Below are positions 1 to 13,194 of a stretch of 64,000 nucleotides of DNA, in pieces. Position 1 is the first letter of the stretch. Every line of letters starts with the position of its first letter. Made by a program: the position numbers and the translations under genes. The DNA is from Eledone cirrhosa (taxonomy: Eukaryota): positions 88,288,001 to 88,352,000 of the forward strand of contig OZ024744.1 in NCBI GenBank assembly GCA_964016885.1. Reading direction: 5' to 3'. The notes under the pieces were generated by a model that saw nothing but the letters and a program-made list of their open reading frames with translations, was not told the origin of the DNA and did no database searches.

Positions 1-85
1 AGCGAAACGTAACCCAAATTCCGAGTCATGGCAAGCGCTCCATAGTCTAAAAGACTAGAGCAATAAACATACGTTATAAAGGCCA

Positions 86-1010
<925 letters not shown>

Positions 1011-1649
1011 CTACTTGGTTGATGTTTGAATTCTAAACAAAACTTTTTTTTATGTTTGAAGCCGCTTCCTCTTCACTAGTGATTTATCTATGTAATAACT
1101 GGATATAAATATAGAAGACGTCACGGGAACTCATATGTAAGTCACGGGAGGGAACTCATATGTAAATTATAATTCAAAAAGAGACAAAACAGTGGGGCAT
1201 GGAGACACTAAGAACGGAATTTAAAGAGAATTAAAGTAACACGGAAATCCTGGCCATAATTTGTCCGCATGTTGGCTTGCGCGTTCCATAGTGATTAAAA
1301 ACACTACTGTCCAAAATTATGTTAAACAGTAATATCTGATGGGGGACAGTTGATGATCAGGAATTACTTTGTGGTGTTTTTCTTTTAATTTTCCATTCGT
1401 CTATTGACTTCTTGTTCCATTTTGTTCAATCTCGGCTAATGTCCAAAAGGATATGCTCGCGAATGCAAATGGCCGAAATGAGGTTTTTCCGCAGAGTCTC
1501 TGGGATAACGTTACTCGATCCGTAGCTTGGAGAACAGAGTGGAATCGCGTGGGGACGCAAACAAATCAATTGGAGACAGTGGCTTCGGACATGACCAGCT
1601 GGAAGGCGTATTTGATTATCCCAGTAATAAGTGGGTGGTGAGGAGGAGA

Positions 1650-1742
<93 letters not shown>

Positions 1743-1759
1743 TATAAAATTACTACTTT

Positions 1760-2350
<591 letters not shown>

Positions 2351-2392
2351 CTATAGTAATAACAAATGTGTAGATTAAATCTGAAGAAGGCA

Positions 2393-2468
<76 letters not shown>

Positions 2469-2489
2469 TTATATATATATATATATATA

Positions 2490-2600
2490 TAGTGGCGAAA
2501 CATAAGTCAATTGCATGAACTCATAATCCTTTATTTACTGGTATATATATATCGATGATAGCCATTGAATGGCTATGACCTCATCAGGCATTTAGTCAGT
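2490..2600 (-). mobile_element. Penelope-like terminal repeat remnant with degenerate hammerhead core
   Basis: Minus strand reads CTGATGA-ggtc-atagcc/ggctat hairpin-CGATA (GAAA mutated), ending in (TA)n. Confidence 0.4.
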
Positions 2601-2932
2601 TCTTAGATATGCCAGCTCTGTGTTTATAGTGTTGATGGTATCAGAGCCTTGGGACATAAATTTGAAGACTAAAATCCAAAGAGGGCTCGATTAGTCTTTG
2701 CGTGTAATTGTTTTTCACCGCTCCTATTAATGACGTATTATATTCGTTTTTTTCCCGTTCTTTGCCAGCGAACGTTTCCACGAACCAAAGTATTGTCTTC
2801 CTGTCTTCCTCCGGTTGCAACGTTTTTGGAAATATCCAGTTCTGCGTTTACAGATTGACTTTGTTAGTTTCAGAAGATCCCGTTAAGGGTGAAAGCAGCG
2901 ATTCTTTGCTTAAACTTTAATCTGTTATTTTA

Positions 2933-2970
<38 letters not shown>

Positions 2971-2976
<6 letters not shown>

Positions 2977-3845
2977 AATTAAGTTAAAAGTGTACATCCA
3001 CATATGTATACTGAAATACTAGTATGTATATAAATACACACACGTATACATATGTACATGTACCGAGTTTTTTCACTGGACACTTTACTGTGAGTGTCCA
3101 GCTAGTCTGTATGTAACCAAACAGACAAACCGGGTTTTAGAGTCATACGGGTTTTCAAGGAAACACATTTCCTCTATTCTCCAGAGAGCCAGACAGGAAC
3201 ATTGGACCAGTTTCGATGTTATTACATCTCATCAGCAATATATACCCATCTTCCGGCTCCTCTAGAGAATCGTAAAAGCACATATCGTTATATGCTTTTT
3301 CTATGAAAATTAGTAGTGGGCAGACCAATTCGCATAGAACGTGAGTTGTACGCACCGGTTCAGCGGAAACGATAAAAACAAATAACGAAACGAAATTAAA
3401 TTTCGCTTCGTTTGTAACTCACTTTTGTATGACTGACGCTTAAACAATTAAGTTAAAAGTGTACATCCACATATGTATACTGAAATACTAGTATGCATAT
3501 AAATACACACACGTATACATATGTACATGTACCGAGTTTTTCACTGGACACTTTACTGTGAGTGTCCAGCTAGTCTGTATGTAACCAAACAGACAAACCG
3601 GGTTTTAGAGTCATACGGGTTTTCAAGGAAACACCTTTCCTCTATTCTCCAGAGAGCCAGACAGGAACATTGGACCAGTTTCGATGTTATTACATCTCAT
3701 CAGCAATATACACCCATCTTCCGGCTTCTCTAGAGAATCGTAAAAGCACATATCGTTATATGCTTTTTCTATGAAAATTAGTAGTGGGCAGACCAATTCG
3801 CATAGAGAATCGTAAAAGCACATATCGTTATATGCTTTTTCTATG
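2971..3845. repeat. direct duplication of about 365 bp (2971-3336 / 3441-3806) plus about 40 bp local re-duplication
   Basis: Both copies start taaacaattaagttaaaagtgtacatcc and end cagaccaattcgcataga; offset 470 bp. Confidence 0.9.
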
Positions 3846-5600
3846 TTGATCAGGGCCACACCCGTGTCAGGTTCCTTAACCATCCTCTCTATGATGTATC
3901 GCATGAGGTGGAGATTGTAGTGTATGGATCTGTCCGGAATGGCGTATGTCTCTGCCTCACCCACCTAACCCTCGACGACAAGGGCCAACCTCGTTGCTAA
4001 CACCTTGGCCAAAATCATGAAATATGCGTTTATCAGGTTTATGGGCCTGAAGTTATCGATAACAACCCCCTTGTCTCGGGTCTTTTCTCAGCAGCACCAC
4101 CGATCCCCGACTCACAAAACTAGGAATGCTCCCGTTTTGCTGCCAGTTGCAGTAGACGTCTGCTAAGAGGTCACCGAACAAGTCTGACATAAATGCATAA
4201 AGCTCGTAGGGCAGACCATCCAAACCTGGCGATTTACTCCTGGTGCAGCTAGCCATCGCTTCCCGTATTTCACTGGCTGTTACTGGCTGTTATTGGCAAC
4301 ACTGTGCTGCGGACGTGAAGAGCCGAGGCAGTCCATCGAGGTATGCACTGAAGTCCATACCCCGATCCGGGCCGCCGCTGCTGCCGAACAGTTCAGCAAA
4401 GTGCTGCTGAAAAGCTTGACACATCTGCTCGGGATCAAGCAACACGCGCCTGTTTTGATCAGACAAAGATCGAATTGTGGCTTTGTTTCCACGTCGCGCC
4501 TCTGCCACCCGGGCCCATTGGACGGCTTTTGTCCTCTCGTGTTTCAGAGCACGCGCTCTTTCTCTGACAACGCAGCCTTCGTGTTTTGCGTTGAAGAATT
4601 GGTCGAGTGCCAATCTCGCCGCAAGCACGTCGGTTGCGATGTCTGTCCTAAATGCCTCTTCTAGCTCTCTGACTAGCTCTCCCTCTACTCTATTTTCCTC
4701 CATCACTAGCCCTTTGCTAAACCTAATCGACTCTACTTTAATTGCCCTTTTCAGTGCGAACCACCACCTGTTGTTGACGACCGTTCCTGTCAACGCCCGC
4801 TAAACTGATACGCTAATCCGGTCTCTGTAGGCTTTGCGCGCCGGGAAAGACGCGTTCAGATTCCTGTAACCGGGCCCTTGTCTATGGAGTCTGTCTATGT
4901 CGATCTCACAGATGACAAATTTATGGTCTGTGTAGTCGACTATTTTAAATTGTGGACAACTTATACTAGCCTTATCTAGTTCTCTGCAGAATACCCCATC
5001 GAGATACGATCTGGATGACCCGATGAGGTTTGTCCATGTCCACATTGGCACATTCAGGTGATCCAGTCGATACCTGTCAGACAGTTCAAAACGTCTGAGC
5101 AGGTTGGTGAGGCTCTTGCACCCTCCTCCCCTACCTACTAGCCTCACACAATCCCAGCGTGCATCCAAGATACCGTTCCAGTCGCCCACTAACACTAAAG
5201 AGCGGGACGTTCCAAGAAAGGTCTCTAGACGTCTAAAGAAATCTGGCCGTCCTGTCCCTGTCGGGGCATAGACGGCTACTAGCATGAAAGCGTTGCCTTC
5301 GGTGCCGCTTACGTCCAGCACCACCAACTTACCTTCTGGGTCCAGGAAGACGGTCCGTATGGCGAGACCCATGCCTTTCCGAAACAACACAGCCACCCCC
5401 CCCCCCCCCGGACGGCTCGGAGATGCGTACACCTCGTAACCGTTGAAGTTCGGTGCGAAGGCTTGCGTTTCGGAGATTCTCGTCTCGCTGATGGCCACCA
5501 CATGTATGTTTAAATACCTGAGGTCGTTAAGAAAGTGACTCTGCTTCCAAACCGAGCTCAAGCCACGCACGTTTACACTTCAGATCCTTAATACGGCCAT
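3846..5600 (-). pseudogene. L3 ORF2 (APE endonuclease + partial reverse transcriptase), disrupted
   Basis: ORF fragments 4800-5570, 4290-4793, 4053-4256 and 3623-3964 (AIPDRSIHYNLHLMRYII). Confidence 0.9.
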
Positions 5601-5632
5601 GTTGGGTGAGGAACGGGGCAAGTGAGAAAGGA

Positions 5633-7675
5633 TCACTTACCTTGATCGTTTGCTGAAGGGACCGTTGAATCGTCCCTTCGGCTGTTCGTCGGCTCTTCTG
5701 TGAGTATATCCGAGTATACTCTCCGGTTGAGTGTCCCTCCTAGGTCTCTGAAATCACCAACTGCGTTGGGGAATTTCATTTTAATGTTTGTGTATTGTTT
5801 CTGTGATATTCTTACCAGTCTTATGTTCGTTGGTGTTTTGATTGGTACTGGTATTATGTAGTCGTGCTGTGAAATGTCTGTGATGTTGTGTGTATTTATT
5901 GCTGTGCATTTCTTTTTCTGGGAATGGGGTGTGGTTCTGCTATTTTCTTGTCGTTGTTGCTGGGTGTGTGTGTTTTGTTGTTGTGTTTGCGATATTGGTG
6001 CTAGTGTGGGTGGTGATGGTGTTGGTGGTGTTGCTGCTGTAAGTCTCTTTGCAGTAGCCTTTACCCTTTTTTTCATTTCTTCCTTCGATTTTCGAAGGCG
6101 ACGATGCGATGCTTCTGCATTTGTGCCTTCTTGCGACCTTTTGCCATCCCTCTCCCACCTCACACTACATGTCCGATTCTGTGAGGTCGGGGAGGGGTAC
6201 CAGCTCCACTCTTTCACTTGTTCTTGTTGGTGATGGTTGCAGTGGAGTCTCTGTTGCAGCTGCAGTTGGTATTACTGTTGTTGTTGTTGTTAATACTTCC
6301 TCTGCTGCTGCTGTTGTTGTTGTTAATACTTTCATTGCTGCTGCTGTTCTTGATTTCCGTGGCGTGTGTATGGGTGCCACGGACCTATCCTTCCTGCTTG
6401 CCGCCTGTCCTGTTGCTGGTAGCAGTGGAGCCGGTTTCGGAAGGAGGGAGGTTTTCTCCTTTCTCAGGGTCTTCTCATTGTAGAAGGCCCTGAGGTGAGT
6501 CTTCGACCCACAGCGAAAGCATTTTGGGCGTTTGCCCTCAACACTTATAGAAAGTTGAGCGTCGTTATCGAAGTCTATCACATCCGGGATAGCTTCGATG
6601 CACTCCTGGTTGGTTTGAATTAACATCTCAATGGAGGCGCCGACCCAATCTTATCGTACTTGTTTCTGTACTTGCAGTACGGTTGTTTTGTCCTCGATTC
6701 CGACGAGGACAGGCCAGCCAAGAAGGGGCCATCCCGGGGGGGGGGGACTTGGGTCACTTTGACCCTCCCAATTTTTTGCCCGCAGTAGGAGGGCACCAAC
6801 ACCATTTCCTCGCTCCTTAGGGTCACTAAGGATTGAACTGTTGCTTCCTGGGGTGTGGCAAAAAGCACGTCCACGGTGGCATATTTCTTGCCTCGGGTGA
6901 TATGCGTTTTCCGCTGCCACACAGACCCTAAGGCTTTTTGTATTTGAGCCTCTGTGGCTCTTTCAACCCTACGTGATGTTGTGCTTACTGTACGGTATGT
7001 GACCGTACAGTGCTGTTGGATTTCGAAAAATGTTTCGGCTGCCTCGCAGATTGTTCGGTGTCCGGTTTTCGTCACCATCTTCTTTGCTTCCTGTAATTCC
7101 TCATTTGTTATAAGGATGGTTTCCAGGTTCTTTGTGATACCTGCAAACGAGATTGGTTTTTCTTACTTGTTGTTGTTGTTGTTGTCGTCAGAGCTGCTGT
7201 TACTTTTGTTGTTGCTGCTGGTACTACGACCGCCACCGCCGCTGTTACTGCTGTTGTTGTTGCTGTTGCTGCTGTTGCTGTTGTTGTTTATGCTGCTGCT
7301 GATGTTGTTGCGGCTGCTACTAATATTTTCCTCGCCACTGTTGCTGCTGCTGCTGTTATTACGGCTGCTGCTGCTATTCTTCACGACGTCAGATGAATGA
7401 AATGGCTTTCCGTATTTACCGCACACATCTTTCGTCGTTGTCGTCGTCGTGGAGAAATGTTCCACGGTACGCGCGTTCTCTTGATGAAGAACGCTACGAG
7501 AAACTACATTTTTCTTTTTCTTTAATGGCGTCGCTTGCGAAAGAGGCGACAGAGGCGACACCACATTTAGAGAAGGGAGGTAGACAGACAATCTTTTCTC
7601 TGACGTAATGACGATTGAGGAAGAAGAAGACGGAAGGAGTGGGAGTGACTTGTGAAAATTCTTTTTTGTAACCAT
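5633..7675 (-). pseudogene. L3 ORF1 (RRM-like domain, CCHC knuckle, low-complexity tracts), frameshifted
   Basis: ITRGKKYATVDVLF, CFRCGSKTHLRAF, C-terminal KFPNAVGDFR; homologous to the other ORF1 copies here. Confidence 0.85.
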
Positions 7676-8156
7676 GTTTTTTTTTACGGTTTAAAATGAA
7701 TGTTGGGCACAAAGCCCCAATAGCTGATTATTTAACTCCGAAGGGCCAAATAACGGGCAGAAAGACCCCTCTCACGAGGAGGAGGGTGTCTTTATCTACA
7801 ATTTGGTTCAAGTTTTAAACAATTTACAATTGTTATAACAATTGAAAATTACTATACCTTACAGAGTCGAGCCTCCGTCAACCATGGCATTCAATAATAA
7901 TAATAATAATAATAATGCTTTCTTTATTAACCAGAAGGGTTTACAAAGTAAGACATTAAGGACAATACAGGACGGTACAAATGGGCATTTCTGCGTGTTA
8001 AAAAAACCCAGAGGATGTAACAAAAAAATAAACAATGAAAAATTCCCCAATAGGGGGCACACTTCCGAGGGACATTCGTGGAGAAAGCCCATTAAAAAAG
8101 CCACAGTGACCCTGACCACCAGGGCAAGTGCCCTTTCCCAGTTTTCCACCTTCAAT

Positions 8157-10599
8157 TTACAGGCACATACTCAGAGTAGGCCCATTCACACGCGCCATTC
8201 TTGTTTCTCTCACCCATTGTTCAACAAAATGTTGGGTAGAGAGCACTTCCCTCTCTACCCTGATTTTCCTTTTCAAATGAAATTTGAAAAATTTAATCAG
8301 GGTTTCACCGAAGAGGTAAGTGCTCGTCTTCAGCCCTTTCAAACGCGTCCACCATACTATCCCTTTCGCCATGGCCACCAGACAAATAAAAACTGCCCGC
8401 CCTTCCCGGCTAAAGGGAGATGGCGGGAAAATCTTCATGATGGACTCAGCTGATAGCCAGATCCCTCCTACACGCGACAGGTGTTCGACAAAAGCCCACA
8501 AGTCAGCAATCCTCGGACGCTGGACGAATATGTGCAGGACGGTTTCGTCGCCTGGGTGCATCTCGGACATACCCGCCTGACGGCACCTCCATGCATGTAG
8601 AGTTTATCCCGAACTGGCAAAGCTCCTCGGTAGCGTCTCCAGTTTGTGCAGTAATGGCTCGAGAGTCAATACGTACCAGAGGGACGAGAGGGGACATCCT
8701 TGGCGGACCTAGCGCATGATTTTGAACGGTTCCGAAAGGTGACCGTTCACTCTCACGACAGAGCAGATGTCGCTGTGCATGGCAGCGATCCAGCCTCTGA
8801 ACATGGGCCCAAAGCCAGCCGCCCTCTGGACTGCCGCCAGATAACGATGGTCGACCTTATCGAAAGCTTTCGACTGATCTAAATTGATCAAGCACCCACC
8901 CGTGCCAGGTTCCCTAGCTACCCTCACCACGATGTATCGCATGCGGTGCAGGTTGTCGTGGATGGATCTCTCGGGAATAGCGCATGTCTGCGCCTCTCCC
9001 ACCAGACCACCAACGACAAGCGCCAACCTCTTTGCTAGCACCTTTGCCACAATCTTGAACTCTGTGTTTAGCAGAGTTATGGCACTGAAATTATCTATGT
9101 TATCCCACTTGTTCGGATCCTTTCTCAACAGCGCCAACGCTCCTCGGCTCACAGAGCTGGGAATTCTCCCGTTCTGTTGCCAGTTGCAGTAGACGTCCGC
9201 CAAGAGGCCTCCGAACAAGTCTGGCATCTGTACGTAAAGTTCATAGGGAAGACCATCCAAACCAAGCGATTTACACCTTGTGCAGCCAGTCATTGCCTCC
9301 CGTACTTCAGCGGTTGTTATCGGCTTTTCGCAACGCTCCGCCTCAGTAGGCGAGAGCCGCGGCAGTCCGTCGAGTTAGGCACTAAAGTCCATCCCTCGAT
9401 CCGGCGCGCCGCTGCCCCCAAACAGCTGAGCAAAGTGTCGCTGAAAAGCTTCACACATTTGCCCCGAATCGAGTAGCATGCGCCCGTCGTGGTCCACCAA
9501 AGACCGGATCGTGGCATTGTTGCCACGACGCGCCTCCGTAACTCAGGCCCATTGAACGGCTTTCGTCCCCTCGTGTCTGAGAGCACGCACCCTAGCTCTG
9601 ACAACGCAGCCTTCGTGCTTTGCATTGAAGAATTGGTCGTGGGCCAATTTCGCCGCAAGCACATCGGTCGCGATGCCTTTGCTAAGCGTCTCGTATAATC
9701 TTCTAACTAGTTCTCCCTCTTCTCTAGTTTTCTCTATTGCTAACGCCTTACTAAACCTAATGGACTCTATTCTAATCGCTCTTTTCAGAGCAAACCACCA
9801 TTTGTTGCTGACGATCGCACCCTTCAACGCCCGATTAACTAGTTCGCTAATCCGGTCTCTGTAGGCCTTGCGCGCTGTTAACGAGGCGTTTAGCTTCCAG
9901 TAGCCAGGCCCCTATCTATGAAGCCTATCTAAGTCAACCTCACAGATCACGAATTTGTGGTCCGTGTATTCGACAATTTTGAATTGTGGGCAGCCTATGC
10001 TAGACCTATCTATTTCCCTAGAAAAAACCCTTTCTATACATGATCTGGATGACCCGATGCTGTTTGTCCATGTCCACATTAGCACATTCGGAAAATACAG
10101 ACGGTACTTTTCAGATAGTTGAAACCGTCTGAGCAGGTTTGTGAGGCTTTTACACCCTCCTCCCCTATCTGCTAATGCCACTCAATCCCAGCGTGCATCT
10201 AAGATCTCGTTCCAGTCGCCACTAACAATAAAGAGCGGGACGTTCCAACGAAGGTCTCCAGACGCCGGAAGAAATCAGGTCGCCCTGCTCCTGTCGGCGC
10301 TTAGACGACCACTAGCCTGAAAGAATGCCCGTCTCCGCTGGTCACGTCCAGCACCACCAACCTACCTTCTGTGTCCAGGAAGATGACGCGTATGGCGAGA
10401 TACAAGCCTCTCTGAAAAAGCACATCAACCCCTTCCCCCGAACCTGGACAGCTGGGAGATGCGTATACATCGTAGCGCCGAGTATTGGTGCGATGGCTCG
10501 TGCGTCGGAGATTCTGGTCTCGCTGATGGCCACCACATCTATGTTTAGTGACAAACCCAGGCCACGCACATTTATGCTGCCTACTCTGAGTAAGGTCAT
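8157..10599 (-). pseudogene. L2 ORF2 (APE-RT-zinc finger), disrupted
   Basis: MTLLRVGSINVRGL; ITLLNTEFKIVAKVLAKRL; INLDQSKAFDKVDH; jumps near 8635 to the C-terminal DETVLH region. Confidence 0.9.
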
Positions 10600-10634
10600 G
10601 TTGAAAAGGAGTGAAAAAAGATCGGAAAGACCAC

Positions 10635-12588
10635 TTACCTCATTTCTTGTGGAGGAAGGATGGTTTTTCCGTCCTTCTCACTGTTTGTGGCCCCCTCCGG
10701 AAAGATGTCTCTATAAATCTCCTGGAAAGTGTTTGTTGGAAGTCTCCGATGTCCTTGGGGAATTTTAATTTTAGTGTCGTCTATGTTTTCTGTGCGATGC
10801 GAGTGATTTGTATGTGTGGGGTGGTGTGAATTGTTGGGGTGTTGTATAGTCTTTTTCTGTGATGCTGGTGTTGTGTTGGATGTAGTGTAATGGTTGGTTA
10901 ATGTTCAAATTTAATGCTGTGTAGTGTGTATCGTTTTGGTTGATTTTTTTTTTTTTTTTTTTTGCGTTTGTAGTGGGTTTGTTTCTGTTTCGCTTGTTGG
11001 TGATTTTTGTGGTGTAGGTGATGGTGGTGTTGGGGTTAATGATGGTTGTGGTTTGTGGTGATGGGGCTGGTGATGCTTGTGTGAGTGGTGATATAGCTGT
11101 CTTAACTTTTTTGTTAGTTTGTTTGTTTGTTTCGCCCTGCATTTTGTTTTTGGAGGGCGAAGGAAGAGGATTTTTCCATTTTGGTTGCTTTTTATTTTAT
11201 TTATTTCGAGATACATTTCCCACACCTCCTCGTCGTCACAATCTGTCTCCAGTTGCGAGAGGTCGGGGAGTGGAAAATACTCCACAGGCGTTGGTTTTAG
11301 TTGTGGCGCTGGTGCTAATTCTGGCGCGGTGGGTTGTGATGGTGTTGGTTTTGCTACTGTTGCTGCTACAGTTGCTGGGGTTGTTGCTGCTACAGTTGTT
11401 TCTGTTGTTGCTGCCATTTCTGCTGCTGGTTTGATGGTTGAGTCACTGTGGTGGACAAGAGAGGTGGCCTCAACTTTTTAGCCTGTGGGCAAATGCTTTT
11501 AGGTGGGTTCCTTCGCCACAAACGACACATCTAGGCCTTCTACCCTCAACGATTACGGTGAGGTGGCTGCCTTCATTGAGGTCTATCAGCTCCGGAATTT
11601 CCTCAATGTTTTTTTGGTCTGCTTGGAGCTCCATCCCAGATCCGGACCAGTCCTCCTGCTTTACTTTTGTTACTTCAATTATGTTAGTGTTGGCCTCGAT
11701 GTCGGTGAGGACGGCAGCCATTAGCCAGGAAATTTCGATGGTCGGTGGAATGTGGGTCATCCTGATCTTCACGAGTCTCTGACCACAATAAGTTGGGACG
11801 AGTGTGAAGTCATCACTTCTTAATGGGGCCATGGAGTGCTCTTTGGCTTCCTGTGGTGTTCCAAAGAACACATCCACGGTTCCATATTTCTGCCCACGCC
11901 TTATGTGGGGTTTTTTCGCCCACACATGTCCCAAAGCTTTTTGTATCTGGGACTCAGATGCCACTCGGCTAGATTTTCTGTTTATCGTCCTATACGATAC
12001 AGTGCATAGGCGCCGATGCTGCATTTTTTTAGAGGGGGGGGGGTCATCCTGGCTTACCTCGATTGTTTCGCTTTCTTTGGCTGCTTTAGCAAACGACACA
12101 TTTTGTTTTGCGCTGGTGTTGATGTTGTTGTTGTTATTCTCATTGTTGCTGTTGTTGCTGTTGTTGTTATTGTTATTTTTGTTATCGTTATTTTTAGTTT
12201 CAGTTGTGGTGGAGGTGGTGGTGGTGGTGGTGGTGTCAGTGGTGTTCGGCGTGGAAGAGTCGATTCTGGGTGAATCCAATTCGATGTCACGAGATTATAA
12301 TTTATGTTTTGTTCTGTTGTCGCTGTGGTGGTGGTGGTGCTGGTGGTGGTGGTGGTGGTGGTGGTATCAGTGGTGTTGGTTGTTCTTTTTGACATTGTGG
12401 TGGTGGGAGTGGCGGCTTTAACACCTGTAGTTATTGGTAATACAGTCTTTATGCGGCAAATCTAAATGATTGAGGCTGCTATTAATTATATTTTCAGTGT
12501 TGGCAACCGTGACAAGGCTTACAATGGTGTTGGTGGTGGTGGGGGAGGGGGATATTGGTCTGTTAAAAACAGGAGATTTGTCGTCCAT
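10635..12588 (-). pseudogene. L2 ORF1 (divergent), frameshifted
   Basis: IRRGQKYGTVDVFF, CVVCGEGTHLKAF, PLPDLS; poly-T/N tracts. Confidence 0.85.
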
Positions 12589-12802
12589 GTTTTTGTTTCA
12601 AAGAAATATTTTGTTTGATAAATAAAAAGTTTAAATTTGGGGTCAAGGCCCCAATAATTTTGAGTGTCCTTTTCAGAAAGCAATATATGTGAACTTATAA
12701 ACAGTTAACAACAAAAACCTTCCATAACTTGCAATTTGAAACAACTGAAAACAACAAACCTTTGCGGAGGTCACAATAATACGATTTCCTACGTAGGGCG
12801 CC

Positions 12803-12906
12803 AATAATAATAATAATAGTAATAATAATAATAATAATAGTAATAATAATAATAATTGTTTCTACTATTGGCACAAGGCCAGCAATTACCCAGTACATTA
12901 CTGGTA
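12803..12906 (-). mobile_element. 5'-truncated SINE 3' end with long (ATT)n tail, between L1 and L2
   Basis: ccagtaatgtactgggtaattgctggccttgtgccaatagtagaaacaa(tta)n matches the SINE 3' end. Confidence 0.85.
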
Positions 12907-13194
12907 ATAATAATGATAATGGTTTCTATATTAGCCACAATGGCTAACATGAAGAAAAACATTACAGACGGCGCAGAACAGTACAGGACGATACAAAGTG
13001 GGTTTTGGTCGTGTAAACAGGTTATAACAAGATAGAAATCGGGATAGAAATCGAAAAAATGCAAACAACAAAAATTCCCCAATAGGGGGGGGGGGAAACC
13101 TCCGCGGGTCACTCGTAGCGAAAACCACACAAAAGACCACGGCCACCCTGACCACCAGGGCAAGCGCCCTCTCTCAGTTTTCCCACTCCTTAGT

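Larger units (their letters stand above)
3846..7892 (-). mobile_element. Tx1/L1-clade LINE copy L3 (5' end intact, 3' end lost within RT)
   Basis: 5'UTR begins right after (ATT)n; ORF1 then ORF2 with APE endonuclease (ISETR, VYAP, GDWN, DH) and RT N-terminal motifs (KSPGLDGLPYELY). Confidence 0.92.
7917..12802 (-). mobile_element. Tx1/L1-clade LINE copy L2 (both ends present, internal RT deletion; 3'UTR type C)
   Basis: Starts GGCGCCC after (ATT)n; ORF1, ORF2, 3'UTR, AATAAA, then (ATT)n at 7893-7916. Confidence 0.93.
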
